Below are positions 9,521-17,401 of a stretch of 64,000 nucleotides of DNA, in pieces (positions within the stretch are counted from its first letter, which is position 1; each line of letters opens with the position of its first letter). The notes beneath the pieces are model-generated. The model saw only the letters and a program-made list of their open reading frames with translations, was not told the origin of the DNA and did not search any database. The position numbers were made by a program, and so were the translations under genes. The DNA is from an uncultured Gemmatimonadaceae bacterium (GTDB taxonomy: Bacteria; Gemmatimonadota; Gemmatimonadetes; Gemmatimonadales; GWC2-71-9), in contig CAZQWQ010000024.1 of assembly GCA_964596925.1 (NCBI GenBank), positions 135,991 to 199,990 of the forward strand, given 5' to 3'.

Positions 9521-10333
9521 ATGCGAGGCAGACTGAGACTGATCGGAATGTTGGCGACCGTCCTGTGGGCGACGCCGGTGACGGCGCAGGTCACGATCGG
9601 CGCTGACGCAGCATTCAACAGCGCCTACAACTGGCGCGGGCTCAGTCTCACCAACAAGCCCGTGATCCAGCCCGATCTGTGGCTCAGCGCGTACGGTTTC
9701 ACCGCCGGTGTCTGGGCCAACATCGAACCCACGAAATATGACGGCGCCACCGATATCAGCGAGACCGGCGGCGCGCGCAGCGGGATCGCCGAAATCGACT
9801 ACTGGATAGAGTACGGCCGCACCACCGGTAACGTCTCGTGGAAAGCCGGCTGGGTCGCATACACCTACAACAAGAACAACGCCTTCATCAGTAACATCTT
9901 CAACACGAGCGAGGTGTACGCCTCCGTCTCGCTCGGGAACCTACCGTTCACCCCGACGCTGGCCGCGTGGTACGATATCGACAACGTCAAGGGACTGTTC
10001 ATTCAGCCCAGTGTGAGCTATCCCGTCGCCGTGTCGCCTTCGTTTACTGTCAATCTGACGGCAACTGCCGGGATCTCGGCGGGGCAGGAGGTGAACACGA
10101 GTAAGCCGACGGAAGCGGCGAATTTCGCCAAGAGCGGCCTCGCTCACGCGGACCTCGGCGCGTCCACGTCTTTTTCCGCCGGGCCAGTGTCGATCGCTCC
10201 TCAGTTCCACGTGCAATGGTGCAACGATGATTTCGTGAAGGTCTCTTCGCTTGGCCATACACACACCGTGAAGGTTTGGGGTGGCATCACCCTCAGCTGG
10301 TCGCGGGAGCTGGGCGCCACCGCGTCGGAATAG
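9521..10333 (+). CDS. TorF-family (Gcw_chp) putative outer-membrane beta-barrel porin
   Basis: Signal peptide (LATVLWATPVTAQV), the family-typical N-terminal block FNSAYNWRGLSLTNKPVIQPDLWLSAYGFTAGVWANIEP, and an alternating beta-strand pattern. SD GGGGAGGA before the ATG. Confidence 0.6.
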   Translation: MRGRLRLIGMLATVLWATPVTAQVTIGADAAFNSAYNWRGLSLTNKPVIQPDLWLSAYGFTAGVWANIEPTKYDGATDISETGGARSGIAEIDYWIEYGRTTGNVSWKAGWVAYTYNKNNAFISNIFNTSEVYASVSLGNLPFTPTLAAWYDIDNVKGLFIQPSVSYPVAVSPSFTVNLTATAGISAGQEVNTSKPTEAANFAKSGLAHADLGASTSFSAGPVSIAPQFHVQWCNDDFVKVSSLGHTHTVKVWGGITLSWSRELGATASE

Positions 10334-10356
10334 TCGTCGGCGCGTGCACACGCGAC

Positions 10357-10392
10357 GGGCCCGCTCTCCGGAGCGGGCCCGTTGTCTTTCTC
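10357..10392 (+). terminator. Rho-independent terminator after the porin gene
   Basis: Perfect 10-bp stem GGGCCCGCTC / GAGCGGGCCC with loop TCCG (10357..10380), followed by the T-rich tract GTTGTCTTTCTC. Confidence 0.7.
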
Positions 10393-10478
10393 ACGCTTGC
10401 CGAGGGCGGGGCCGGGTGTATTGTCTCTTCCCCATCGCCCCGAAGTGGCCGTCCCACCCTGATCGGACAGGAGGCTGT

Positions 10479-12128
10479 ATGGCGGACCGCACGCAGACGC
10501 GTGACGAGCTCATCCAGCAGGATATCCGCGACCTGCACAAGATGGGTTACGCCCAGCAACTGTTCCGCGAAATGGGTGGCTTCTCGAATTTCGCCATCTC
10601 GTTCTCGATCATCTCGATCCTCACCGGCGCCATCCTGCTGTACGGGTACGGTCTCAAGTTCGCGGGTCCGGTCATCAATACCGTCGGCTGGCCGCTGGTA
10701 AGCGTCTTCACCCTGTGCGTCGCCGCCTCGATGGCCGAGCTCGCCTCGGCGTATCCCACGGCCGGTGGCCTGTATTTTTGGGCGTACCGGCTGGGCGGCA
10801 AGACGTGGGCGTGGGTCACCGCCTGGATGAACATGATCGGCCAGATAACGATCACCGCGGGGATCAACATCGCCGCCGCGATCTACATCGTGGGGGCGCT
10901 GACGCGGATCTTCGGCCTCTCCCTGAGTACCGACTGGTATTTCTACATCTTCGTGATGGTCCTGATCATGATCCCGCAGGTACTGATCAACGTGTTCGGG
11001 ATCCGGCTTACCGCCAAGCTGAATGACTTCAGCGTCTACTGGCATATCGCCGGCGTCGCCATCATCGCGGTCCTGCTCACCTTCTTCGGCAAGCACCACA
11101 ACAGCCTCGGATTCCTGTTCTCGAACGGCACCGTCGTCAACCCCCTGGACGCCGCCTCGGCAGACCTGGGGACCGGGACGCCCGAACCCGCGCTGGTGTT
11201 CGGCAACTTCAAGATGGCCTCGCCCCTCTTTGCACTGATCCCGGGGCTCGCCAACCTGTACAGGGCCGCGCCCTTCATGCTCGTGTTCGTTCTGGCCCTG
11301 CTGCAGGCTCAGTGGACCTACACCGGCTACGATGCCTCGGCCCACGTCGCGGAGGAGACGATCATGGCCCGCAAGAGCTCCGCCTGGGGCGTGTTTCTCT
11401 CGGTGGCGGTATCGGCCGTGGTGGGCTACGTGATGCTGCTGATTCTCACTTGGACCATCCCGAACGGCGATGTCGCCAGCACCGCCAACGACGCCTACCC
11501 GGTGCTGTACATCGTATACAACAACCTCGGCACGTTCTTCGCCAACGTGATCGCGGTCATCATCGGCGTGGCGATGTGGCTCTGCGGCCTGTCGTCCATC
11601 ACTTCGATGGGTCGCATGTGGTTCGCATTCGCGCGCGACGGCGGCATGCCGGGGTACACGCTCATCCGGCGGGTAAATCCGAAATACCGCACGCCGATCT
11701 GGTCCATCGTGATCACGAGCATCCTGGCGGTGCTCCTCTGCCTCTACGCCGCTGCGTATTTCGTGGTGACCTCGATCAGCGTCATCACCCTGTACCTCGC
11801 GTACATGTTCCCCGTGTACCTGAATTGGCGGAACAAGCGGCGCGGGAAGGGCGAGTTCACGACGAAGGACACGGCGCCCTGGAGTCTGGGGAAGTGGGGG
11901 CCGCTCGTCAACGTGATCTGCATCGTGTGGTGCGTGTTCCTGGCGGTGATCTTCAGCCTGCCGCCGAACGAGCTGGTGCTGTGGACGATGGTGGCCCTGA
12001 CCATAGGCCTGTTCCTCTACTGGCAGCTGGATGCCAAGCGGCGCTTCCAGGGACCCACCAAGGCCGACGAGGCGGCGTTGCGTGCGATGGAGCAGCAGGT
12101 GGGTGAGACGCACGTCGCCGGCGCATAG
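10479..12128 (+). CDS. APC-superfamily amino acid/GABA/polyamine permease
   Basis: The listed ORF starts at 10281, but the ATG at 10479 follows GGACAGGAGG. About 12 TM helices. Motifs FSNFAISFSIISILTG and ELASAYPTAGGLYFW are typical of the amino acid/choline (UGA4/GabP-like) branch. Confidence 0.85.
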   Translation: MADRTQTRDELIQQDIRDLHKMGYAQQLFREMGGFSNFAISFSIISILTGAILLYGYGLKFAGPVINTVGWPLVSVFTLCVAASMAELASAYPTAGGLYFWAYRLGGKTWAWVTAWMNMIGQITITAGINIAAAIYIVGALTRIFGLSLSTDWYFYIFVMVLIMIPQVLINVFGIRLTAKLNDFSVYWHIAGVAIIAVLLTFFGKHHNSLGFLFSNGTVVNPLDAASADLGTGTPEPALVFGNFKMASPLFALIPGLANLYRAAPFMLVFVLALLQAQWTYTGYDASAHVAEETIMARKSSAWGVFLSVAVSAVVGYVMLLILTWTIPNGDVASTANDAYPVLYIVYNNLGTFFANVIAVIIGVAMWLCGLSSITSMGRMWFAFARDGGMPGYTLIRRVNPKYRTPIWSIVITSILAVLLCLYAAAYFVVTSISVITLYLAYMFPVYLNWRNKRRGKGEFTTKDTAPWSLGKWGPLVNVICIVWCVFLAVIFSLPPNELVLWTMVALTIGLFLYWQLDAKRRFQGPTKADEAALRAMEQQVGETHVAGA

Positions 12129-12134
12129 CTCGGG

Positions 12135-13553
12135 ATGCGAAACCTGTTGATCGCGGATCGACGCCCGGGCGGCCCGGGCGTCATCCGCGTGATCGAACCG
12201 GCCACGGGCGAGCCATTCGAGGAAGTCGCCGCGGCGGGCCCGACCGAGCTCGAGGCGGCGGTCGCCGCCGCCAAGGCGGCGCTGCCCGGTTGGGCGGCCC
12301 GCACGGCGGTGGCGCGGGCCGACGTCCTGTTCGCGTTCGCCGATCGGGTGCGCGCCCACGCCGAAGAGCTCGCGGTGCTCGAGGCGCGCAACGTCGGCAA
12401 GCCGATCGGCGATGCCCGGTGGGAAGCGAACCACGTGGCCGATACGCTGCGTTACTACGCCGGCGCGGCGGACAAGCACTTTGGCGAAACGATCCCCGTA
12501 AAAAGGGGCGGCATCGATATCACGCTGCGCGTGCCGCTCGGCGTGGTGGGATTGATCGTGCCGTGGAACTTCCCGATGGTGATCGCTACCTGGAAAATCG
12601 CTCCAGCGCTGGCCTGCGGGAACACGGTCGTGCTGAAGCCCGCGAGTCTCACCCCCCTCAGCGCACTGCGCCTGGGCGAGCTGGCGCTCGAGGCGGGCGT
12701 GCCGCCCGGTGTGCTGAACGTCGTGCCGGGACCGGGCGCGGCCGTCGGGGCCGCGCTGTCGTCCCACCCCGATGTCGCCAAGATCGGCTTTACGGGGGAA
12801 ACCGCCACCGGGCGCGCGATCATGGCCGCCGCGGCGCAGACGATCAAGCGCGTGTCGCTCGAGCTGGGGGGCAAGTCCCCGTGCGTCGTGTTTGGCGACG
12901 TGGACGTGGGGCAGGCGGCCGGCGAGGCGGCGGCCTCGGTGTTCGCCAACGCGGGGCAGGACTGCTGTGCCCGCTCGCGCACCATCGTCGAGCGCACGAT
13001 CTATCCGGCGTTCGTGGAGGCGATGCGCGCGGCGGCCGAGCGGACCGTCGTGGGGAACCCACTCGACGAGCAGACGCAGATGGGCCCGGTGATCTCCACC
13101 AGCCAGCGCGAGGTCACCGAGCGATATCTCGCGCTGGGGAAGCAGGAAGGCGCGCGCCTCGTGTGCGGCGGCGAGCGAATCGCGGGACCGGGCTACTTCC
13201 TGCGGCCGGCCGTGTTTGCCGACGCGCGGCCGGGGATGCGCATCGTGGATGAAGAGATCTTCGGTCCGGTGGCGTCGGTCATTCCGTTCGACACCGAGGA
13301 CGAGGCCGTCGCGATCGCCAACGACACGATCTACGGGTTGTCGGGGTCGCTCTGGACCAACGATCTGAAACGCGGTCTGCGCGTGGCCCGCGCCCTGGAG
13401 ACCGGCGTGCTGTCGGTCAACTCATCGTCCAGCGTGCACCTCCAGGGGCCCTTCGGCGGGTTCAAGCAGTCGGGCTTGGGGCGGGAGTTGGGCATGCACG
13501 CGCTCGATCACTACTCCGAAATCAAGAACATCTACTTCGAGACAGCGCCATGA
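12135..13553 (+). CDS. NAD(P)-dependent aldehyde dehydrogenase
   Basis: VVLKPASLTPLSAL, LELGGKSPCVVF (catalytic Glu) and NAGQDCCARSR (catalytic Cys). ATGA overlap with the next gene. Confidence 0.9.
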   Translation: MRNLLIADRRPGGPGVIRVIEPATGEPFEEVAAAGPTELEAAVAAAKAALPGWAARTAVARADVLFAFADRVRAHAEELAVLEARNVGKPIGDARWEANHVADTLRYYAGAADKHFGETIPVKRGGIDITLRVPLGVVGLIVPWNFPMVIATWKIAPALACGNTVVLKPASLTPLSALRLGELALEAGVPPGVLNVVPGPGAAVGAALSSHPDVAKIGFTGETATGRAIMAAAAQTIKRVSLELGGKSPCVVFGDVDVGQAAGEAAASVFANAGQDCCARSRTIVERTIYPAFVEAMRAAAERTVVGNPLDEQTQMGPVISTSQREVTERYLALGKQEGARLVCGGERIAGPGYFLRPAVFADARPGMRIVDEEIFGPVASVIPFDTEDEAVAIANDTIYGLSGSLWTNDLKRGLRVARALETGVLSVNSSSSVHLQGPFGGFKQSGLGRELGMHALDHYSEIKNIYFETAP

Positions 13554-14914
13554 AGAACATCAGTCTCGCCGACCTGCGACGCATGATCGAGCTGGGCACG
13601 ATCGACACGGTGCTCGCCGTGTTCCCCGACCAGCAAGGACGGCTCACCGGCAAGCGCTACACCGGCCGTACCTACGTCACCCAGGCGCACGAAGGATGGG
13701 AGGGGTGTGACTACCTGCTCGGCTGCGATATCGAGAACGAGCCGTTGCCGGGGTACGCCCTGTTTTCCTGGGACCGGGGATATGGCGACTTCACGATCCG
13801 CCCCGATCACTCGACCCTCGTCGTGATTCCCTGGCTCGACAAGACGGCGCTGGTGCTGGGCGACGTCGAAGGCAAGGACCACAAGGCGCTGCCGGTCGCC
13901 CCGCGCCAGGTGTTGCAGGCGCAGGTGCAGCGGGCCGCCGACCTCGGGCTGACAATTCGCGTGGCCTCCGAGCTCGAGTTCTATCTCTTCAACGACACCT
14001 ACGAGCAGGCGTTCGACAAGGGCTTCCGTGGACTCGACACCATCGGCCGCTACATCGAGGACTATCACATCCTCCAGACGACGAAGGAAGAACGGATCAT
14101 GCAGGCGCTACGGCGTCACATGGACGCTATCGGCCTCGACGTCGAGAACTCGAAGGGCGAATGGGGGCCGGGGCAGGAAGAGCTGAACCTGGCGCACCAG
14201 GAGCCGGTGCTGATGGCCGATCACCACGTCATCTTCAAGCACGGCATCAAGGAAGTCGCGGCGCTGATGGGGAAGTCGATCACCTTCATGGCAAAATGGA
14301 ACACGGGCCTCGCCGGCAGCTCGTTCCACCTGCACAGCTCGATCTGGGACGCCAAAACCGGCGAGCCGGTGGGCTACGACGAGTCTGGGCCGGCGCACAT
14401 GTCGCCACAGCTCCAGCAATGGGTGGCGGGGCAGCTCGCCTGCGGCCGCGACTTCAGCGTGTTCTACGCGCCATACGTGAACAGCTACCGCCGCTACATG
14501 GCGGGGACGTTCGCGCCGACGCGGCTCGTGGCCGGCGTAGACAACCGCACCTGCGGACTCCGCCTCGTGGGCCACTCACCCAAGGCGATCCGCGTCGAGA
14601 ACCGTTGCCCGGGCGCCGACGCCAACCCCTACCTCGCCTTTGCGGCGGCGATTGCGGCGGGCATCTACGGCGTCACCCATGGCCTCGCGTTCGAGGGGAT
14701 CTACTCCGGGGACGCCTATCGCGATCCCAAGGTGCGCGAGGTGCCGAAATCGCTGTACGAGGCCACACGGTTGCTCGAGGAATCGACCATCGCTCGGGAA
14801 GCGTTCGGGGACGTGGTGGTGGATCACTATGTGAACACGGCGCGGCAGGAGCAGATGGTGTACGATCGCAGGGTGACCGACGTGGATCTGCTTCGCAATT
14901 TTGAGAGAGCGTGA
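13550..14914 (+). CDS. Glutamine-synthetase-fold ligase, gamma-glutamyl-polyamine/amine synthetase type (PuuA/GlnA3-like)
   Basis: GS catalytic-domain motifs ASELEFYLF, GEWGPGQEELN, SSFHLHSSIW, VNSYRRY and ENRCPGADANPYL. Context with a permease, aldehyde dehydrogenases and pot genes. Confidence 0.8.
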   Translation: MKNISLADLRRMIELGTIDTVLAVFPDQQGRLTGKRYTGRTYVTQAHEGWEGCDYLLGCDIENEPLPGYALFSWDRGYGDFTIRPDHSTLVVIPWLDKTALVLGDVEGKDHKALPVAPRQVLQAQVQRAADLGLTIRVASELEFYLFNDTYEQAFDKGFRGLDTIGRYIEDYHILQTTKEERIMQALRRHMDAIGLDVENSKGEWGPGQEELNLAHQEPVLMADHHVIFKHGIKEVAALMGKSITFMAKWNTGLAGSSFHLHSSIWDAKTGEPVGYDESGPAHMSPQLQQWVAGQLACGRDFSVFYAPYVNSYRRYMAGTFAPTRLVAGVDNRTCGLRLVGHSPKAIRVENRCPGADANPYLAFAAAIAAGIYGVTHGLAFEGIYSGDAYRDPKVREVPKSLYEATRLLEESTIAREAFGDVVVDHYVNTARQEQMVYDRRVTDVDLLRNFERA

Positions 14915-14926
14915 ATGACAGCAGGC

Positions 14927-14968
14927 GCCATCGGCTTTCGGCTGTCGGCAGTCAGCTAGGCCGATGGC
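14927..14968 (+). terminator. Stem-loop downstream of the GS-like gene (possible terminator)
   Basis: GCCATCGGC (14927..14935) pairs with GCCGATGGC (14960..14968). The loop is 24 nt and there is no T-tract, so the call is weak. Confidence 0.3.
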
Positions 14969-15010
14969 CGAGAGCCGATTGCCGAGAGCGCCTTCCGGAT
15001 CGGAGAAACC

Positions 15011-15805
15011 ATGGGCCGTCTCGATAGCAAAGTCGCCGTCATCACCGGCTCCGGCGCGGGACTGGGCGCCGAAGCCGCTCGCCTATTCGCGCGGGAGGGG
15101 GCGGCGGTCGTCGTAAACGACGTCAACACCGCGGCGGGGGAGCAGGTCGCGGCCGAGATCCGCGCGGCGGGCGGATCGGCGCAGTTCATCGCCGGCGACG
15201 TGCGCTCGACACTCGAGGTCGAGCGGCTCTACGCCGAGGCGAAGCGGGCGTTCGGGAAGGTCAACGTGCTGTACAACAACGCCGGGGTGTCGCCGGCCGA
15301 CGACGACGGCGTGGCGAACACCAGCGACGAGATCTGGGATCTCGTGCTCGACATCAACGTGAAGGGTGTGGCGCGCTGTTGCCGCGCGGGGATTCCACAT
15401 CTGCGGGACGCGGGTGGCGGGTCGATCATCAACGTCGCGAGCTTCGTGGCGACCCTCGGCGCCGCCACACCGCAGATCGCCTACACGGCGTCCAAGGGCG
15501 CCGTGCTGGCCATGACGCGGGAGATCGCCATCATCCATGCGCGGGAGAATATCCGGGCGAACGCGTTGTCGCCCGGCCCGGTGCGGACGGCACTGCTCGA
15601 CAAATTCCTCTCGACGGAGGAAAAACGGCAGCGCCGCCTGGTACATATCCCCATGGGCCGGTTTGGTGAGGCCCGGGAGATCGCGCAAGCGGCGCTGTTT
15701 CTCGCCTCCGACGAATCGTCCTACATCACGGGAGCGGATTTCCGCGTCGACGGGGGGATCACGGCGGCGTATGTCACCCCCGAAGGCCCACCTCACCCGC
15801 GCTAG
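15011..15805 (+). CDS. Short-chain dehydrogenase/reductase (classical SDR)
   Basis: TGSGAGLG cofactor motif, YNNAG, and the catalytic YTASKGAV (YxxxK). SD GGAGAA before the ATG. Confidence 0.9.
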   Translation: MGRLDSKVAVITGSGAGLGAEAARLFAREGAAVVVNDVNTAAGEQVAAEIRAAGGSAQFIAGDVRSTLEVERLYAEAKRAFGKVNVLYNNAGVSPADDDGVANTSDEIWDLVLDINVKGVARCCRAGIPHLRDAGGGSIINVASFVATLGAATPQIAYTASKGAVLAMTREIAIIHARENIRANALSPGPVRTALLDKFLSTEEKRQRRLVHIPMGRFGEAREIAQAALFLASDESSYITGADFRVDGGITAAYVTPEGPPHPR

Positions 15806-15806
15806 C

Positions 15807-17030
15807 CTAGGCGGCCAGGATCCGCAACCGTTCTTTCACCGGCCGGTCCATGGTCATCTGCCGCACTTTCCATGGCATCCCGGCCGCCGGCAACCGGTCC
15901 AGGAACGGGTCCGGATCGAACTGCTCCGGCGACATCACGCCGCTGCCCTGCCACACGCCCTCGGCGATCAGCTCCGCTGCCACAACGGGCGGGATGCCGG
16001 TCTGATATGCCGTCGCCTGCACGCCCAGCTCCGCGAACGCCCGCTCGTGGTCCGCCACGGAATACACATAGAATGCTTTCATTTCGCCGTTCTGGAATCC
16101 CTTCCCCAGTGTTCCGACGCAGCTCCGGCCGGTCAGCTTGCCGGCAAGATCGGCCGGCTTGGGGAGCAGGGAGACCACCAGGTTGCGTGGCACGACTTCC
16201 ACGCCGTCGACCGGCACCGCCACTTTGCGCGACAGCCCCGTTCGATGCAGCACGCGCAGGGTTTCAAACGTGTCGTCCGACAGGGTGAACTTGAAGTCCG
16301 CCGTCGTCAGGCCGGGGATGAACCGTGCGAACGTGGTCACTTCCTCGTGATCGACGTAGTAGCAGGTCAATGGCCCAATCTCCGGAAACTCGAAGCGCTC
16401 GCCACCCGTCAACGGCTCGGCGAGGCCCAGCCGTCCCTCACGAAATACCGTGGGTGGGCAGAGGCACTCGTCGATGAACACCCACGGACTGAACGACGCT
16501 ACCATGCCGCCCGGACCTCCATACACCGCGTCGTCTCCGTCCCGGACATGGAGTGCCGTCACCTCTTCGAGCAGGTGCTTGGCGATATGGGCCGCGTACA
16601 CGTTCGAGGTGCCGGGATCCGCCCCCATGCCGAGCAGGGCGAGGCGACCTCGGGCGCGAAACGCGGTGTCCAGGGCGAACTGATCTTCCAGCTTGGGGAT
16701 GCCGTCCGCTTCCGTACCGCCGCTGGCCAGATCGATGTAGTCCACGCCCGCCTCGAGGCAGGCGCGCATCACGATCAGGTTGGTGGCGGGTAACGCGGCG
16801 TTCAGCACCAGGGAGGTCCCGGTCTCTCGAATCGCCTGGACGACCAGCTCCTCGCGGGAGGCATCGAGCGTGATGGCGCGCACGCGCGGGTCGTTTATGC
16901 GATCGGCCAGCGCCTGCGCGCGCCCAGCAACGGCGTCCGCGATGACGACCTGGCGAAACACGGGTTGGCGAGCAAACCTGAGTGCGGACACGGTCCCCAC
17001 CGCGCCGGCACCGATCACGAGGACTTGCAT
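15807..17030 (-). CDS. Saccharopine dehydrogenase family protein (LYS9 / carboxynorspermidine-dehydrogenase-like)
   Basis: N-terminal Rossmann motif VLVIGAGAVGT, a 407-aa two-domain layout typical of the Sacchrp_dh family, and SD GAGGAG before the ATG at 17030. Convergent with the SDR, with a 1-nt gap between the stops. Confidence 0.8.
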   Translation of the reverse strand: MQVLVIGAGAVGTVSALRFARQPVFRQVVIADAVAGRAQALADRINDPRVRAITLDASREELVVQAIRETGTSLVLNAALPATNLIVMRACLEAGVDYIDLASGGTEADGIPKLEDQFALDTAFRARGRLALLGMGADPGTSNVYAAHIAKHLLEEVTALHVRDGDDAVYGGPGGMVASFSPWVFIDECLCPPTVFREGRLGLAEPLTGGERFEFPEIGPLTCYYVDHEEVTTFARFIPGLTTADFKFTLSDDTFETLRVLHRTGLSRKVAVPVDGVEVVPRNLVVSLLPKPADLAGKLTGRSCVGTLGKGFQNGEMKAFYVYSVADHERAFAELGVQATAYQTGIPPVVAAELIAEGVWQGSGVMSPEQFDPDPFLDRLPAAGMPWKVRQMTMDRPVKERLRILAA

Positions 17031-17224
17031 TGACTCCTCAAGCGTTGTCAGCGGCTCACGGTCCGGTCACCAAGGGCTTCCGACCCTTGGCTCCCTCGCC
17101 CCCGGCCGCAGTATGGGGGTGGCGGCTCTAGGGGAAGGTCAGCCGCCAGGACGCCCGCCCGCGGGAAGGTTGGGGGGGCTGACCCAAGGTAGCCTGGGGG
17201 GTCACAACGTCGGCAACCCCCCAT
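17031..17224 (-). other. Candidate long structured 5' leader of the saccharopine-DH-family gene
   Basis: GC-rich segment between an AT-rich promoter-like island and the SD. It contains perfect hairpins CCAAGGG-N7-CCCTTGG (17070..17090) and GGGGGGT-N13-ACCCCCC (17196..17222), plus the complementary 8-mers GGTCAGCC (17137..17144) and GGCTGACC (17177..17184). Confidence 0.3.
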
Positions 17225-17310
17225 GGATAAGTCATTGCTAGTAACTAGTTTGATGTACTATCGGCTGATCTTGAGCGTAGGCAAAACTGTCGAGATACTA
17301 GACAGTTGAT
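17225..17310 (-). promoter_or_regulatory. AT-rich island with two palindromes (candidate promoter/operator)
   Basis: This is the only strongly AT-rich stretch in the area. It contains the palindrome CTAGT-A-ACTAG (17238..17248) and the inverted repeat AACTGTC-N9-GACAGTT (17285..17307), with -10-like hexamers on the minus strand (TAGTAT, TAGTAC). Confidence 0.35.
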
Positions 17311-17324
17311 GGAGGCCGGCAACG

Positions 17325-17349
17325 CTTCTGGGGCGCCGAAGCCCCGAAG
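17325..17349 (-). terminator. Stem-loop terminating the potDABC-aldehyde dehydrogenase transcript
   Basis: CTTC(T)GGGGC / GCCCCGAAG forms a 9-bp stem with one bulge and a 6-nt loop, about 55 nt downstream of the stop at 17402 on the minus strand. It is preceded by a T-rich tract but not followed by one. Confidence 0.4.
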
Positions 17350-17401
17350 AAAGTCCGAAAGTCGAGAAAGCTCGAAGAACGCGGGGCGAGCCGCGCGGGC
17401 A

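Noticed and set aside
7504-9618. 704-aa minus-strand ORF inside cusA
   Set aside because: It is antisense to an unambiguous RND pump gene, and its composition is Arg/His/Asp-rich with no fold signature.
10293-12767. 824-aa minus-strand ORF spanning the permease and aldehyde dehydrogenase genes
   Set aside because: It is antisense to two well-supported genes. Its product is a low-complexity Arg/Gly/His/Asp/Pro string with no motifs. This is a typical shadow ORF of a GC-rich genome, where stop codons are rare in the antisense frame.
17131-17160. Similarity of GGAAGGTCAGCCGCCAGG to the conserved helix-8 region of SRP (4.5S) RNA
   Set aside because: Only a short partial match. The GGAA tetraloop context and the AGCAGCC element are missing, and no complementary 3' strand or overall SRP-like fold is apparent.
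17131-17172. GGGAAGGT motifs resembling half of a CueR/MerR-type ACCTTCC...GGAAGGT operator
   Set aside because: The two copies are direct repeats, not inverted. They lie in a polyamine locus, not next to the copper genes, and no MerR-family regulator is present.
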